A stretch of 64,000 nucleotides of DNA from the human T2T-CHM13v2.0 reference genome, Homo sapiens, in NCBI RefSeq assembly GCF_009914755.1, contig NC_060943.1. One strand, given 5' to 3'. The stretch's first letter is position 1, and every line of letters starts with the position of its first letter. Below are positions 1-56,073 of the stretch, one piece after another. The notes under the pieces are model-generated. The model ran no database searches. It saw nothing but the letters and a program-made list of their open reading frames with translations, and was not told the origin of the DNA. The position numbers and the translations under genes are program-made.

Positions 1-103
1 GAGGCGGGGTCAGAGCCCAGGGTGGGGTCATCCCAGGGAGAGGCGGGGTCAGAGCCGGGGGCGGGGTCAGCTCCAGCACTTGCCCTCGTGTGGTCCTGAG
101 CAG

Positions 104-14251
<14,148 letters not shown>

Positions 14252-17200
14252 TGGCCTAGGCCGGCCTTCTGGAACGTTCTCTCCCGGCCCTGCGGCGCGG
14301 TCTGGCTGCCCCATGGGCCTGCGCTGTAGACGTCCCCCATAGGTCGCCCCAGGGCCTCTGCCCACCCGAGCCCCACCACTCTCAGAACCCCCGCCCAGCG
14401 CACGGCGACCTCGCGCCTCACCGGAAGACCTTGCCTCTGTGCCGCGGAGGTCCAGGAGGAAACGGGGCGGCCGCTAGGCCTCAAGTCCCGACCGTGGAGC
14501 GCTGGCAAGGGCGTCCTGGCCCAGCCCTGAGCGCGCGGCCCTTCCCCTGTCGGAAGCCGTTGCTTGACCCCGGGCGAGGGAGGCGGTAGCCTCCGGGTCC
14601 GGGTCTGGGTCTGGGTCCGCTGCTTCGCAGGGACAGCGCTGGGGAGGTGACGGCGCCCGCCGCAGGTGGGGCGAGGCTGGGGGAGGGCGGCGCCGCGGCG
14701 GGCCTGCCAGCTGGGGGCCTTTGCGGCGCGCAGGGGCGAAGCCTGTAATCACTGCAGCCGCCGGTAATTCGCTAATGAGGGCTTTGCAGGGATTGTTTTC
14801 ATTCTCAGCCCCAGCTGTGGGAGTGCGGGTGGGGGTGTGGCCGAGCCCCGGCAGGAAGCCCCGCCCAGACGGTGTTCAGGGAACCCGGAGCCCAAGCGCT
14901 CCGGCGGAGCCCAAAAGGGTGGGGGTGGGAGGGGCAGAGGCCAACGGATCCCCCTGCCTGTCGCACCCCTTGGCGGGAGACGGGAAGGCAGCGGGCTGCG
15001 TACGATGGGACCCTGGTGCAGACGCCGGGCCGGCTGACATTTGGACCCCATCCCAGAGGAGATGCTGGCTACCAGCTGGGGCGACCCCAAGGGTCGCTGG
15101 AGTCAGTATCGGCCCGGCGCAGCCGCGGCGGGCGAGGCCAATGGAAAGGAGACTGAGGGGAGTCCCGGCAGTGAGCCCGAGGCCCTGGGACCTGGAGCCC
15201 GCGCTGGCCTCTCCCCAGCGGAGCCTGCACGTTACGGAGACCATCACATGTGGGCGTGGTCAGTGCCCAGGACCGCACCGCTGCTCATCTTGTCCCTTTT
15301 CAATTCCCTTCTGGTTCATGATGCATAAAGCGCTAGGCCCTAGAACTCCAGAAACAGCACAGCTGGGGCGGGGACCCAGCCTTGCCCTCCACCCGAGGCT
15401 CTGGGACAAGGCGGGAGGTTCGGGGGCCTTCCGGCAGGTGAACGCAGGGCTGGAGAGTATTTGGTGCCAGATGAGGTGAAAGCTTATAGAAGGGCCTGAG
15501 GGGCTCGGCTGCCTCATCCCCTGGCGGGGGAGGCTGGGAGCTGGGCCTCCTGCGTGGGGTGGGACTCGCAGGGGCCGGGTCTCCGTGACTGGGGCAACGC
15601 CTCGTCCTGCAGAGGGAGCCGACGACCTCTTTTCTGCAGAAAAGCTCCAGCAGGCGCTGCCTTCACCCACGGATCTGCCCAGGCTGAAGGCACACGCTCA
15701 ATGCCCCACGTGCCTTCTCCAGGAGGAACGAAGCAGGGTTTGAGGGTTGGGTGGATGGAGCTCAGAAGGAAACCCCAGCCCCACCACGGATGACACCATC
15801 CCTCCCGTCCCATCCCCAGCATGGGCAAGGCCAGCCTTTCTGGCAGAAGGAGCTGTCCTCAACTCAGGGCCGCTGTGAGCAAAGCTGACCCCAGCCCCCA
15901 CCCCCAGTTAACACTGCTGCTTCTCTGAATGCATGTCACGCTGCACCCCATGCTCCGGGCCCACACCCTGCAGGACAAGGAGCTCCAGACAGGACGTCCA
16001 TAAGTCACCGAGGTGTGCCACCCAGCAGGTGCTGGAGGTGCCCAATGCTCCCTCCTAGGACCTCGCAGCCAGGCAAGGCTGTCAGGTTGTTTTGGGGGAA
16101 GAGGGGGTCATGGATGGCTGAGCAGAGAGCGGGGAAAATGCAGGCTGAGTGGGGCGACCTCCTGCCTGCCAGGAGCCCCCTTTCAGGACACAGCGGGGGT
16201 CTCACACTTGCTGTCCCCATCCATGGCCCGAGGGGGAACCTGGTGGTCTCTTCTGAGCTTTTGGACTTGGGGATGCCAAACACGTGCTCACCCTCACACT
16301 CGCCCCGGCCCGCTGCGCCCCTAATTGCCAAAGGGTAGGGAAATGGCGAAGCCAGCCACCAGGTCGCTGGTGACAGGGCCAGGGTTATGCAGGAAGGTGG
16401 TGCGGCATTGCCTTCCACATATGTAAGTCTCTGGGCGGCGCCCTCCCAGCTCCCTGCCTCTGTTTCCCCATGTGGGCCGTGGGGAACTCCCAGAGCTACC
16501 TCTTGGGGGAGCGTGGTGGCAGCGATGATGGGGAGACGCCTGGAAGCTCACAGAACTTGGGTCTGGCTGGCTCCTGCCCGTGACGCCTTGCCCAGCAGCA
16601 AGGTGCGCAACATGGCTGCCAGCCCCGCCTCCCACCCCCACCCCGAGTCCTGAGCTCACTTTCGCCTTCTCCATCCCCTGCCGTGGGGGCCACAGCCACA
16701 CCTCACCGCCCAGTCCAGCTGTCTCCAGAAGGGGACAGGCAGTCCGCGGTCTCTGGACAATCAACTCAAGGTACGCCCACTGCAAGGCCTCCCTCCCACC
16801 GCGGCCCCTGCCTGGCCACCTGGCCTCTCTGCACCAGGGTGACAAGGGGTCCTCGTCTGCCCCCCAATGCTCCAGGGCCAGTCCTAAGGAGCTGAGGGTC
16901 TGAGGACGCAGGGAGGGTGGAGGTGTCCTGAGGCTGATGGACAGTGACCGCCACTGGCCCCCAACATGACCACACGTGGGTGCTGAACTCGGGGCGCCGT
17001 GCCCACCGGCATGGTCCTCCCGAGCTCCGACAGCATTACCTCACCCGGCCCCATCTGTTGCCCCGGTCCAGCCCTGATGGCGCGCGCCTGGTCTGTCTGA
17101 TTCCCCTAGCCGCCACCCCACGTTTCTGTACCGGGTCTCTGCAGTGTTAAACGGACGTGTAAATAGTGGTAAATAGTGAAAGCCTGTCCTTCCCTAAATG

Positions 17201-17285
17201 TAAAGCCATCTGTCCGGCGTAAGGACGACACCGTCAGCTGTCCGACTCGCACACATTTAATAAACTGAGCTCTTGCATTGCCTGC
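14252..17285 (+). other. APC2: APC2 3'UTR (~3 kb)
   Basis: Runs from the stop at 14251 to the AATAAA at 17259-17264; cleavage position is approximate. Confidence 0.8.
17256..17264. terminator. Overlapping polyadenylation signals: AATAAA (+, APC2) and ATTAAA (-, C19orf25)
   Basis: TTTAATAAA at 17256-17264: 17259-17264 reads AATAAA on +, and 17261-17256 reads ATTAAA on -. Confidence 0.8.
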
Positions 17286-19069
17286 CGCCATCACCTCTTC
17301 CTCAAAATGGGCTGTGGGCGGGTAGGTTCATCGCTGTCTATGTGCTGCCACAGAATTGCTGAGACCCCCCAGGTTAGATCCCTGGAAGCAGAGCCAGAAA
17401 GCAGAAACTGGGGGCACAGGGTTTGTGGGCACCCCACCCAGATGGGCCGGGGAGGCACTGGCTGAGGCCAGGAGTCTCCCCCTGGTCCCAAGGGAGGGCA
17501 GGCTCCAGGGGGTGCACAGCACCCCAGACAGGGGGTCCAACCTGGGCATTGGTACCTGGGCCAGTTATTATGGCAGGCCCCAGTGTGGGGCAGGAGGCAC
17601 CCATGAGCCACTAGGAGCTGTGGCTGGTGCAACAGCTGGGATGGGGCAGCCACAGCAGCCACTACCGGGGAGAGTCAATGGTGGACAGGGGCTGCGGGAG
17701 CTGGGACGGCCCCACGTCAAAGCCACTTCAGGGAGCACAGCCCTGGCCCAGCTGGGGGGACAAGGAAAGCTATGACTGCAAGCAGCACAGAAGTGCAGGG
17801 TGGGAAGGGATGGCAGGAGCCGGCCCCCTCCCCACCTTCCACCCTGGGACACTGCCGGGACCTCCCTCGGCCAGGTGAGCAGCTTCAGAAGCATGACCAG
17901 TGAGAAGTCCCTAGGGCCCAGGCCGGGCTAGCCAAGTCCCAGTTTCTGGATGAGGCGCCTCCCAGGCTGTGTGTGGCAGGCCCCCTTTCTTCAGGGAATA
18001 AGAAACATCTTCCACATTCAAGAAACAAAGCTGGCTGTGGGTCTGGAGAGAGGGTGAGGCAGCCCCAGGTCTCTGGGTCAGGCGGACGGTCCCTGCATGC
18101 AGTGCCCGGCAGGACTGAGCAGGGTTCCCGGGGTCGCCGGTACCCATCCCTCCCCAGCTTCCGGGGCCCCGGGACGGAGCCGCTCACAGAGGCACCATTC
18201 AGACGGCCAGACACACACGAAAGCTTTATGTGCAGGGCCCAGCCTCTGGGCCGCCTTGCCCAGGTTTCCACTCAAGTTGCTATTTAGGATGAAAAGCCTT
18301 TGGCAAGACCCTCCGCCGCACTAACGCCCCCTCCCCCAGGGCCAGAACCCGCAGGGAAGCAGGCCCAGGACCTGCTGCAGCTGGCAGGGTGGCTATGAGA
18401 CTCAGGACACCCTGGGCTCCTGGCCAGTGACTCACAGCGGTCCTCCAGCAAGGGCAGTGGCTGGGAGACACCCGTGCCGTGGAGCTAGGCCCAGCCTGGC
18501 TGGGTCTCAGGGCTGCTTCTCTTGGGTGACCCCAGCGGCCCAGGGTCGTTGTGAAGATCAACGTGGCTTGTGGGAGGAGCCCGGGGCCCAGAAGGAAGTG
18601 GGGTCAGGGGCTCAGGCTGGCCCTCGGGCTGCTCTGACATTGGGTGGGCACTCGCTGGATGGAATCACAGTTAACACCTCGATCCCAACACCTGGACTCA
18701 GAAGTGGACAGGCGAGTGCCTGCCCCGGGAGAGGAAGGAGGTGGCACCTGCTCCCAGGGGCCCCACTGCAGAGCACGGCCACTGTGAGCTGACGACAGAA
18801 TCACAGTACAGCAATAATGTCCCTATCCTCTTCCAGAACCCCAGTGGGGCCCTCAGGTCACGCAGGACGGAGCCAGCTGGGTGGGTCCCACCAACTCGGC
18901 ATGAATGAGACGACGGATGAACCGCAGCCCCAGCATCAGGAGGGGCGCCTGTGTCAACACCCACGTGGGCTGGGACCCCGTGAATGCCAGTCTGGGGCCG
19001 ACGGACCCCCAGGGAAAGCCTGGGTGCAGGCCACCTTGTGCGCTGCCCAAGCCTGCAGGCCCCGAGAGG

Positions 19070-25215
<6,146 letters not shown>

Positions 25216-25473
25216 AAAGGAATCACCGCAGGAGAGGATTCTGGGCCATGGTGAGCCATGTTCTGGGGCTGGACATTACTGCTGACCCCCGGCCATTCCC
25301 TGCTGTTCCCACTGCCTGGGGTCCCTGGGCCTGGGCGGACTCTTTCTCCGTGGCCGGCTGCATTCTCCATGGACTGATGTCCGGGGACCCCAAGCAGAAA
25401 CCACCTGAGCCCTGGGGCCTCGGGCCCACCCTGCTCCAGAGGAGGCCACAGACTGAGCACCTTCTAAGCAACC

Positions 25474-25479
25474 TTTATT
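25474..25479 (-). terminator. PCSK4 poly(A) signal AATAAA
   Basis: TTTATT on +, about 310 nt past the PCSK4 stop. Confidence 0.8.
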
Positions 25480-25788
25480 TGCAAACTCTGAGGTTGGACG
25501 CGGTGCCCGAGGCGGACAGTGTCACGTTTCTCTCCCTCCACTTTCCCCTGGCTTTTGGGGTGCTCCAGCCTCTCCCCCCAGCCCACTCCCGCCCAAACCC
25601 AAAATGCAGAGGAGACTTCTCTCTCTCTCTCTCCCGCCAGGCTTCGGGGTTCCACGGGGCCCATCCCTGGCAGGCCAGGCGTCGGGTGCTGGTGCTCGCT
25701 CCTCTGGGGCCAGCCTGGGGAGGCAGCATGGCAGCAGTGCCTGTCAGGGACCCAGGCGGGGGCAAGGTCGCTTTCTGAGCTGACAACT

Positions 25789-34376
<8,588 letters not shown>

Positions 34377-34379
34377 GGA

Positions 34380-35299
34380 GGCGGGGCGGGAGCGGGGCCT
34401 GCGCAAATCCCCTCCCTCCCGCCAAACCGCCGAGTGGGCCCAGGCGTCCGACCCGCCCCCGGCGCCATAGCAACGCAGAAGGCTTCGACTCCCAGGGGGC
34501 CTTGCGGCTACTCAGCCAGGAGGGGCGCGAAGATCTAACAGAAGCGGGAGAGGGACGCACGCCTGCCCGTCTTCCGCAGACCCACACCCTCGGGAGCCTC
34601 AGTTTTCCCATTTGTACAACGACAAGACTAACCCAGAGAAGCGGGTTCACTGTTGCGATAACGCGTCCTACCCTTTGTTTGACCTCTCCCACTTTCCAAC
34701 ACACCCCTCCTTCGAGAATCAGCCCGGCCTCCTGTCCGGCCTAATCAGAATCATTCTTTTGCGTAATCCCGCCTCCTCCGATAAGCCTCGCCCCGTTCCC
34801 GCCCCTACCATTCCGCCCTGCCTCCTTTGTGATCAGCCCCGCCCTCCACTGGTCTCGCCAATGAATCGCGTCCCGTTTCTCCAATCGGCTCGGATGTTTC
34901 TTTAGCCCCTCCCCCCGGTTCCGCCCCCCCACGCCTCTCCTCGCCCTGGCTCCACCCTTCAGCCAATAATCCCATCCTCTGACACCGCCCTTCCAATCAG
35001 CTACGTCTCGCTCCGGCCCGGCCAATCGGTGCCCTGGGCCGCCGCGCCCCGCCCTCTCCCGGCGGGGTCTGGGCAGCGGCGGCCGTGGCGGAGGGCTATG
35101 CGGCGGGGGAGACGGGGCAGGCCCCTCCTCCTTTGTCCGCCCTGCCCTCCCATTGGTCCTAGCGGGGGGCCGGGGGCGGACACCGGCGCGGGGCCGGAGC
35201 ATCGCGGCTCAGGCTGCGGGAAAGCGGTGCGCGTGCAGCGGGGTGGGTGCCCTGGTCCGCGGGCGAGCTCGAGCAGCCAACCCCGGGCGCGTCGGGGCC
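34380..35299. promoter_or_regulatory. Bidirectional CpG-island promoter shared by PCSK4 and REEP6
   Basis: Divergent ATGs at 34376 (-) and 35300 (+). CCAAT boxes at 34858, 34881, 34963, 34993 and 35022, ATTGG at 35152, many GC boxes, and an RFX-like X-box at 34461-34474. Confidence 0.85.
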
Positions 35300-41241
<5,942 letters not shown>

Positions 41242-41935
41242 AGCAGCCCCCTGAGCCTCACAAGGACCTCCTGGCTGGTGAGGAGGGGGCCGCGCCAGGC
41301 TCCCAGGCCTCCACAGAGTCTTCAGCGCATCCCCCAACAGCAGCCCCTGCCAGTCCCTCGGGTCCAGGCAAGGCCCTGGGGGTCTCCTTAAATGCCACCT
41401 CGGGCAAGTCCCAGTCCCAGTCCTCGGCCACCCCCAGCTCTGGATCCCAGGGCCAGCTGCCCTCTGGCTCTGGCTGTGGCTCCCGCCTGTCCGGCAGGGC
41501 CCAGGGCCAGCGTCGGGCACAGGGCAGCTCCCACTGGTCTCGGCAACACACCCAGCCGCCTGGTACTTCCTCCAGCCCCTCCCAGTCAGCCCTCCCGTCC
41601 TCGGGGCCCCTGCAGCCACCCAACGTCACCTCCAGCCCGGTCTCACCCATGGTCCAGTCTCCCAGCAGCAGCAACATCCCCACGCAGCCCCCCAGCAAGT
41701 CCTCTGGCAAGCCGGAGGACGCAGCCCCCAAGACCAGCGGACAGCGCCAGAAGGAATCGTCGAAACAGCCTGCCAGCAGCGCCTCAGTGCCCGAGCTGGT
41801 CCCCTGCCATTCCGGGACCTCTCTGGAGTACACTTCGGAGTCCACCACCGAGATCACCTGCAGCTGGCCACACCACAGGCCCCCGTGCCTGCAGCACTAC
41901 TGGTGCCTGAAACACCTGGCCTGCTAGGAGGCTCC

Positions 41936-41941
41936 AATAAA
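41936..41941 (+). terminator. REEP6 poly(A) signal AATAAA
   Basis: AATAAA about 700 nt after the REEP6 stop. Confidence 0.85.
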
Positions 41942-42222
41942 GCTAACCCGGACCAGACCTGTGTGCCACGTGTGCGGGGGGCCCAGGGGAGGGGCTGCGA
42001 GGGCACCGTCCCATTTCATCAGGCATGAATCCCGGCTGTGCCGACCAGCCCCATAATATAGATGAGGAGACTGAGGCCCAGAGGCTAATTCACCCACTCA
42101 AGGTCCACCCACATGGCCAGGATGGGTGCAAGCCCCGGAAAAGCTTGTCCTTAATCACAGTGCTTTCTCTCCTCCCTCCCGAACTAGTTGTCTGGCCTAT
42201 TTGCATTAGCCTGCTTCTCTTA

Positions 42223-42647
<425 letters not shown>

Positions 42648-44112
42648 CTTTTTTTTTTTTTTATTGATCATTCTTGGGTGTTTCTCACAGAGGGGGATTT
42701 GGCAGGGTCATAGGACAATAGTGGAGGGAGGGTCAGCAGATAAACAAGTGAACAAAGGTCTCTGGCTTTCCTAGGCAGAGGACCCTGCGGCCTTCCGCAG
42801 TGTTTGTGTCCCTGGGTACTTGAGATTAGGGAGTGGTGATGACTCTTAACGAGCATGCTGCCTTCAAGCATCTGTTTAACAAAGCACATCTTGCACCACC
42901 CTTAATCCATTTAACCCTGAGTGGACACAGCACATGTTTCAGAGAGCACAGGGTTGGGGGTAGGGTCACTGATCAACAGGATCACAAGGCAGAAGAATTT
43001 TTCTTAGTACAGAACAAAATGAAAAGTCTCCCGTGTCTACCTCTTTCTACACAGACATGGCAACCATCCGATTTCTCAATCCTTTCCGCGCCTTTCCCCC
43101 CTTTCTATTCCACAAAACCGCCACTGTCATCATGGCCCGTTCTCAATGAGCTGTTGGGTACACCTCCCAGACGGGGTGGTGGCTGGGCAGAGGGGCTCCT
43201 CACTTCCCAGTAGGGGCGGCCGGGCAGAGGCGCCCCTCACCTCCCGGACGGGGCGGCTGGCCGGGCGGGGGGCTGACCCCCCCACCTCCCTCCCGGACGG
43301 GTCGACTGGCCGGGCAGAGGGGCTCCTCACTTCCCAGTAGGGGCGGCCGGGCAGAGGCGCCCCTCACCTCCCGGACGGGGCGGCTGGCCGGGCGGGGGGC
43401 TGACCCCCCAACCTCCCTCCCGGACGGGGGCGGCTGGCCGGGCGGGGGGCTGACCCCCCCACCTCCCTCCCGGACGGGGCGGCTGGCCAGGGTGGGGACT
43501 GACCCCCACCTCCCTCCCAGATGGGGTGGCTGCCGGGCAGAGACGCTCCTCACTTCCCAGACGGGGTGGCTGCCGGGCGGAGGGTCTCCTCACTTCTCAG
43601 ACGGGGCGGCTGGGCAGAGACGCTCCTCACCTCCCAGACGGGGTCGCGGCCGGGCAGAGGCGCTCCTCACATCCCAGACGGGGCGGCGGGGCAGAGGCGC
43701 TCCCCACATCTTAGACGATGGGCGGCCAGGCAGAGACGCTCCTCACTTCCTAGATGGGATGGCGGCCGGGCAGAGACGCTCCTCACTTTCCAGACTGGGT
43801 AGCCAGGCAGAGGGGCTCCTCATGTCCCAGACGATGGGCGGCCAGGCAGAGATGCTCCTCACTTCCCAGACGGGGTGGCGGCCGGGCAGAGGCTGCAATC
43901 TTGGCACTTTGGGAGGCCAAGGCAGGCGGCTGGGAGGTGGAGGTTGTAGTGAGCCGAGATCACGCCACTGAACTCCAGCCTGGGCACCATTGAGCACTGA
44001 GTGAACCAGACTCCGTCTGCAATCCCGGCACCTCAGGAGGCCGAGGCTGGCAGATCACTCGCAGTTCGGAGCTGGAGGCCAGCCCAGCCAACACAGCGAA
44101 ACCCCGTCTCCA
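42648..44112 (-). mobile_element. SVA retrotransposon, 5'-truncated (no CCCTCT hexamer), probably SVA_D-like
   Basis: Poly(T) then SINE-R (ttattgatcattcttgggtgtttctc...), GC-rich VNTR (gggcagaggcgcccctcacctcccggacgggg units, ~43170-43890), and an Alu-like domain ending at accccgtctcca. Confidence 0.93.
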
Positions 44113-44144
44113 AAGACCTTGTCTCCAAAAGAAAAACAGTGGTC

Positions 44145-47470
<3,326 letters not shown>

Positions 47471-48082
47471 TAACAAAGATAACAAAACGTTCGCTTGTCG
47501 GCTTTAAAGCTAAAGCGCAAATCTGGAGACTGTTTATTGCCGATGGTTACGTGGTTCTCACTGGAAACAATGTTGTCATTTTCAAATCACGCTGGGGTCC
47601 TCTCGCCCACGCAGGAATGGCGTGCTCCTGGCGGTGGGGGCTGTGGGACACCTGGTGCGCGTTTCTCCCAGCGCCTCCGTGTTTCTCCCTGGCCGCAGGC
47701 ACAGCCTGGGGTCCCTGTTGAGGAAACTCTCCGAGTGTCAGCTCCCCTGGCCGGTTGCGCAGCCCCTAGGGTAACTGTCTGAGATCCAGGCGCCGGGGCA
47801 GCCCAGGGGGTCCGTGGCCGGGAGAGACCTTGAAACCTCCATTCCCTGGGACACCCCAAACCACAGCCGGGGAGAAGGGACAGCCTTACAGACTGACAGG
47901 GGAGGGAGGGCAGTGGGGTGCCGGCAGGCACCGACAGTAGCCTCATGAGCCAGTGCTGTCACGAGGAGGCCTGCGAGAGGGCCCCGCGTCCAATGGGAAG
48001 CGAGTGCCCACGCGGAAGTGGGCTCAGGGCACCTGGGGCCACAAGCCACGAGGCGCGCCCGGAGTCCCTTCATGTCCCGTCC

Positions 48083-48100
48083 TGCCGCCAGGGGGCACTG
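48083..48100 (+). promoter_or_regulatory. CTCF motif, forward
   Basis: TGCCGCCAGGGGGCACTG matches the CCGCCAGGGGGC core consensus. Confidence 0.6.
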
Positions 48101-49130
48101 CGGCCCCCACTCATCCCTGCAGCACCCGCGGCCCTTGGCTGGGGAGCCCCTGGGACCCCCGCCGGCAGCGCGTGCTGCAGACATCAATCACAGAAGGCAC
48201 CACGTCACTGAAGCGCCAGGCCTGGGCCGTCCCAGGCTCCGCTGGGTCCCTGGTATGCCGTCGGTGCTCAATAAGCACTTGCTGCAGAAATGTGTGAAGG
48301 AAAAAGGGGGCTAGGGAAGGGCTCCAGGAAAGTGTAACTCCCATGTCAGAGCTGGGAGGGGCTTCGAGGGCATCACTCACTGAGCGGGAAACTGAGGCTG
48401 GAGAGGGGCTGCACCTGGCCTGGGGTCATCTGCAAGATCAGGGGCCGTGTCCACCAATGTCCTGCACCCCTTGCCGACTCCCTCTGCCTCGGCCGCCTCC
48501 TTGCCCTTCACCCTCTCTGGTTGCTCCCTGCCTGGTGGGGGTAGCTTGTCCGTGCCCAGTGGACAGCGGGGACCCATGGACCCCAGGCACCCCAGGCCCC
48601 AGGGAGAAATGCAACCACTGGTCCCACACAGAGTGGGTTGTCCCGGGTGGCAGCATGAGCCATGCATCAGGCGTCAGAGGCAGAGGGTTGGCACCCCACG
48701 GAGGAGGGTTTGCTGAGCGACCTCGTGACACCCCCTAGTACACACACAGCCCGTGTCGGCCCTCCTGGTTGCAGAAGAACATAGCGGGCTGGCAGCTGGC
48801 AGACAGCAGCGGCTCTCACCTGCCTCCTCACCTGGGGAGGGGTTCCCAGGGTGGGCCTGAGAAAGTATGTGGCAGTTGGGGGAGGCTCAGGACCTACCAA
48901 AGCCCCATTCATTCCCCACCTGCTCCTATCCTCCTCTATTCCCTGCCCTCACCTCACACAGTGTCAGACGTGCAGGGAGGAGGTGAGGCTGGACCAGGAG
49001 GAGGGGTGGGGTGCGTGTGAACATGCGTGCCTACCCATGAGCAAGGTCGAGACGGGGTTCTACCAGCGTGTCCCTGAGTCTCTGTGACCGAGTGCATGTG
49101 ACTGGGGTGCTTAAAAAAAAAAAAAGTGCT

Positions 49131-49490
49131 CTGCAGCCATAAAAAAGGATGAGTTCATGTCCTTTGCAGGGACATGGATGAAGCTAGAAGCCATCATTCT
49201 CAGCAAACTCACACAGGAACAGAAAACCAAACACCACTTGTTCTCACTCACAAGTGGGAGTTGAACAATGAGAACACATGGACACAGGGAGGGGAACATC
49301 ACACACCGGGTCCTTTGTGGGGTGGGGGCCGAGGGGAGGGAGAGCATTAGCACAAATACCTAATGCATGTGGGGCTTAAAACCTAGATGATGGGTTGATG
49401 GGTGCCACAAACCACCATGGCACGTGTATACTAATGTAATAAACCTGCACATTCTGTACACACCCAGAACTTAAAGTAAAATTTTTTTTT
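49131..49490 (+). mobile_element. 5'-truncated L1PA 3' end with target-site duplication
   Basis: gcagccataaaaaaggatgagttcatgtcctttgcagggacatggatgaagc... is the L1 ORF2 end and 3'UTR. Flanked by AAAAAGTGCT at 49121-49130 and 49491-49500. Confidence 0.9.
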
Positions 49491-50463
49491 AAAAAGTGCT
49501 TGTAAAAATTAAAGAGGAATAAAAGGGGGGTGAACAGCCAGTACGATAGTGCATGCCTGAAATTCCAGTGCTTTGGGAGGCCGAGGCAGGAGGATCGTTT
49601 GAGGCCAGTAGTTGGAGAGCAGTGTGGGCAACGTAGCAAGACCCCATCTCTACAAAAAATTTAAAAGTTAGCCGGGCATGGTGATTCACACCTGGAGTTC
49701 CAGCTGCTGTGGAGGCTGAGGTGGGAGGATCGCTTGAGCCCAGGAATTTGAGGCTGCAGTGAGCCATGATTGCACCACCGCACTTCAGCCTAGGTGACAG
49801 AGCAAGGGTCTACCTCAGAAAAAAAAAAAAAGGAGGAGCAAGCACGTGTTGATGGGTGGAAATCCAGCCAGAAATGCTGAGGCTGAAAAGATTGTCTCCG
49901 AGTTTCCTGGTAGCCAGGGGAAAAGGGGAAATTGGTACGTTGGTACGTTACAGTGCCTGGTTAGGCATGTCTTCTAAGGGGCATGCCTGTTTGTGACAGT
50001 GTCTCTGCCCTTCACACATGAGGGTGTGTGTGAGTAGCAGAGAGCAGAGACAGCACAGTGTCTGGGAAGTAAACAGATGATCTTCTGGGTACCCAGGGCA
50101 GCAGGGTGTCATGCTCGTTCATGACAGTGTCTCCAAGCAAGTGTGACGCGCGCAAAGAGAAAGAAAGCAGCGTTAAACTTTCTGAGTATAAATAGCTATG
50201 AGCTTCCTGGCAGCCAAGGAGAGAGGCGAAATAAAAGTCAGAGTCTCCTTAGTGCCTCCTCACCAGTGCCTGCCGGCTTGTGACAGTGGCTTTGACTGCA
50301 TGCAGAGGTGTCTTAAGCGTGTGTGGGAGGGAGTCACATAGCTGCACAGGTGGGACGTATTTCAGAGCTGCCTGGAAGCCAGGGTGAGAGGGGAAATACG
50401 TTGACGTTGAGGCTGGTCAGATGTATCTTTCTTGCTGTGTGTGGCCGGGGCTCCTGCAGGGGC

Positions 50464-55392
<4,929 letters not shown>

Positions 55393-55429
55393 AGAGCCAC
55401 CGCCAGAGACACAGGGTTGTGTCCCGGCT

Positions 55430-55535
55430 CTGCCCTGACTGGCTGTGTGATCTTGGAAAGTAACTAAACCTCTCTGAGCCCTACCTCTCGTCTCTGAAAA
55501 ACGGGGTAATAGAGCCTCCCTTACAGGAAAGTTGA
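55430..55535 (+). mobile_element. MIR within the ADAMTSL5 5'UTR exon
   Basis: ctgtgtgatcttggaaagtaactaaacctctctgagcc...ctgaaaaacggggtaatag is the MIR core. Confidence 0.65.
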
Positions 55536-56073
55536 GGGGTCCTGTGGATCAGGTAAAGAAGACAGGAGACGTGGAGCCCGGTATGGAGAGGAAGAACTCA
55601 GAATGTCATCTGCAATTATTATTGTTGTTAGTTAGTTTGTTTTTGAGACGGAGTCTCGCTCTGTCGCCCAGGCTGGAGTGCAGGGGTGCGATCTCGGCTC
55701 ACTGCAACCCTCCCCGGTTCAAGTAATTCTCCTGCCTCAGCATCCCGAGAAGCTAGGATTACAGGTGCCTGCCACCACGCCGGACTAATTTTTGCCGTTT
55801 TAGTGGAGACAGGGTTTCACCATCTTGGCCAGGTTGGTCTCAACCTTCTGACCTGAAGTGATCCACCTGCTTTGGCCTCCCAAACTGCTAGGATTATAGG
55901 CATGAGCCACTGCACCCAGCCTACAATATTATTGATATGTGTATTGTGCTATAATGCAGACAGTAGGTGCTTAATCGATGCTTGATGATTGGAGGGATCA
56001 TTCAAAAATAGTACACAGGTGCCTCCTAGGGCTGGGGCCCCCTCCCCGCCCTCCCCACCATCACTGCTTCTAC

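Noticed and set aside
42833-43213. 126-aa ORF MVMTLNEHAAFKHLFNKAHL
   Set aside because: Antisense translation of the SVA SINE-R region, common to SVA copies.
49990-50295. Repeated TGACAGTG(TCTC) motifs in the ADAMTSL5 3'UTR
   Set aside because: Only three short copies at irregular spacing, not enough to support a function.
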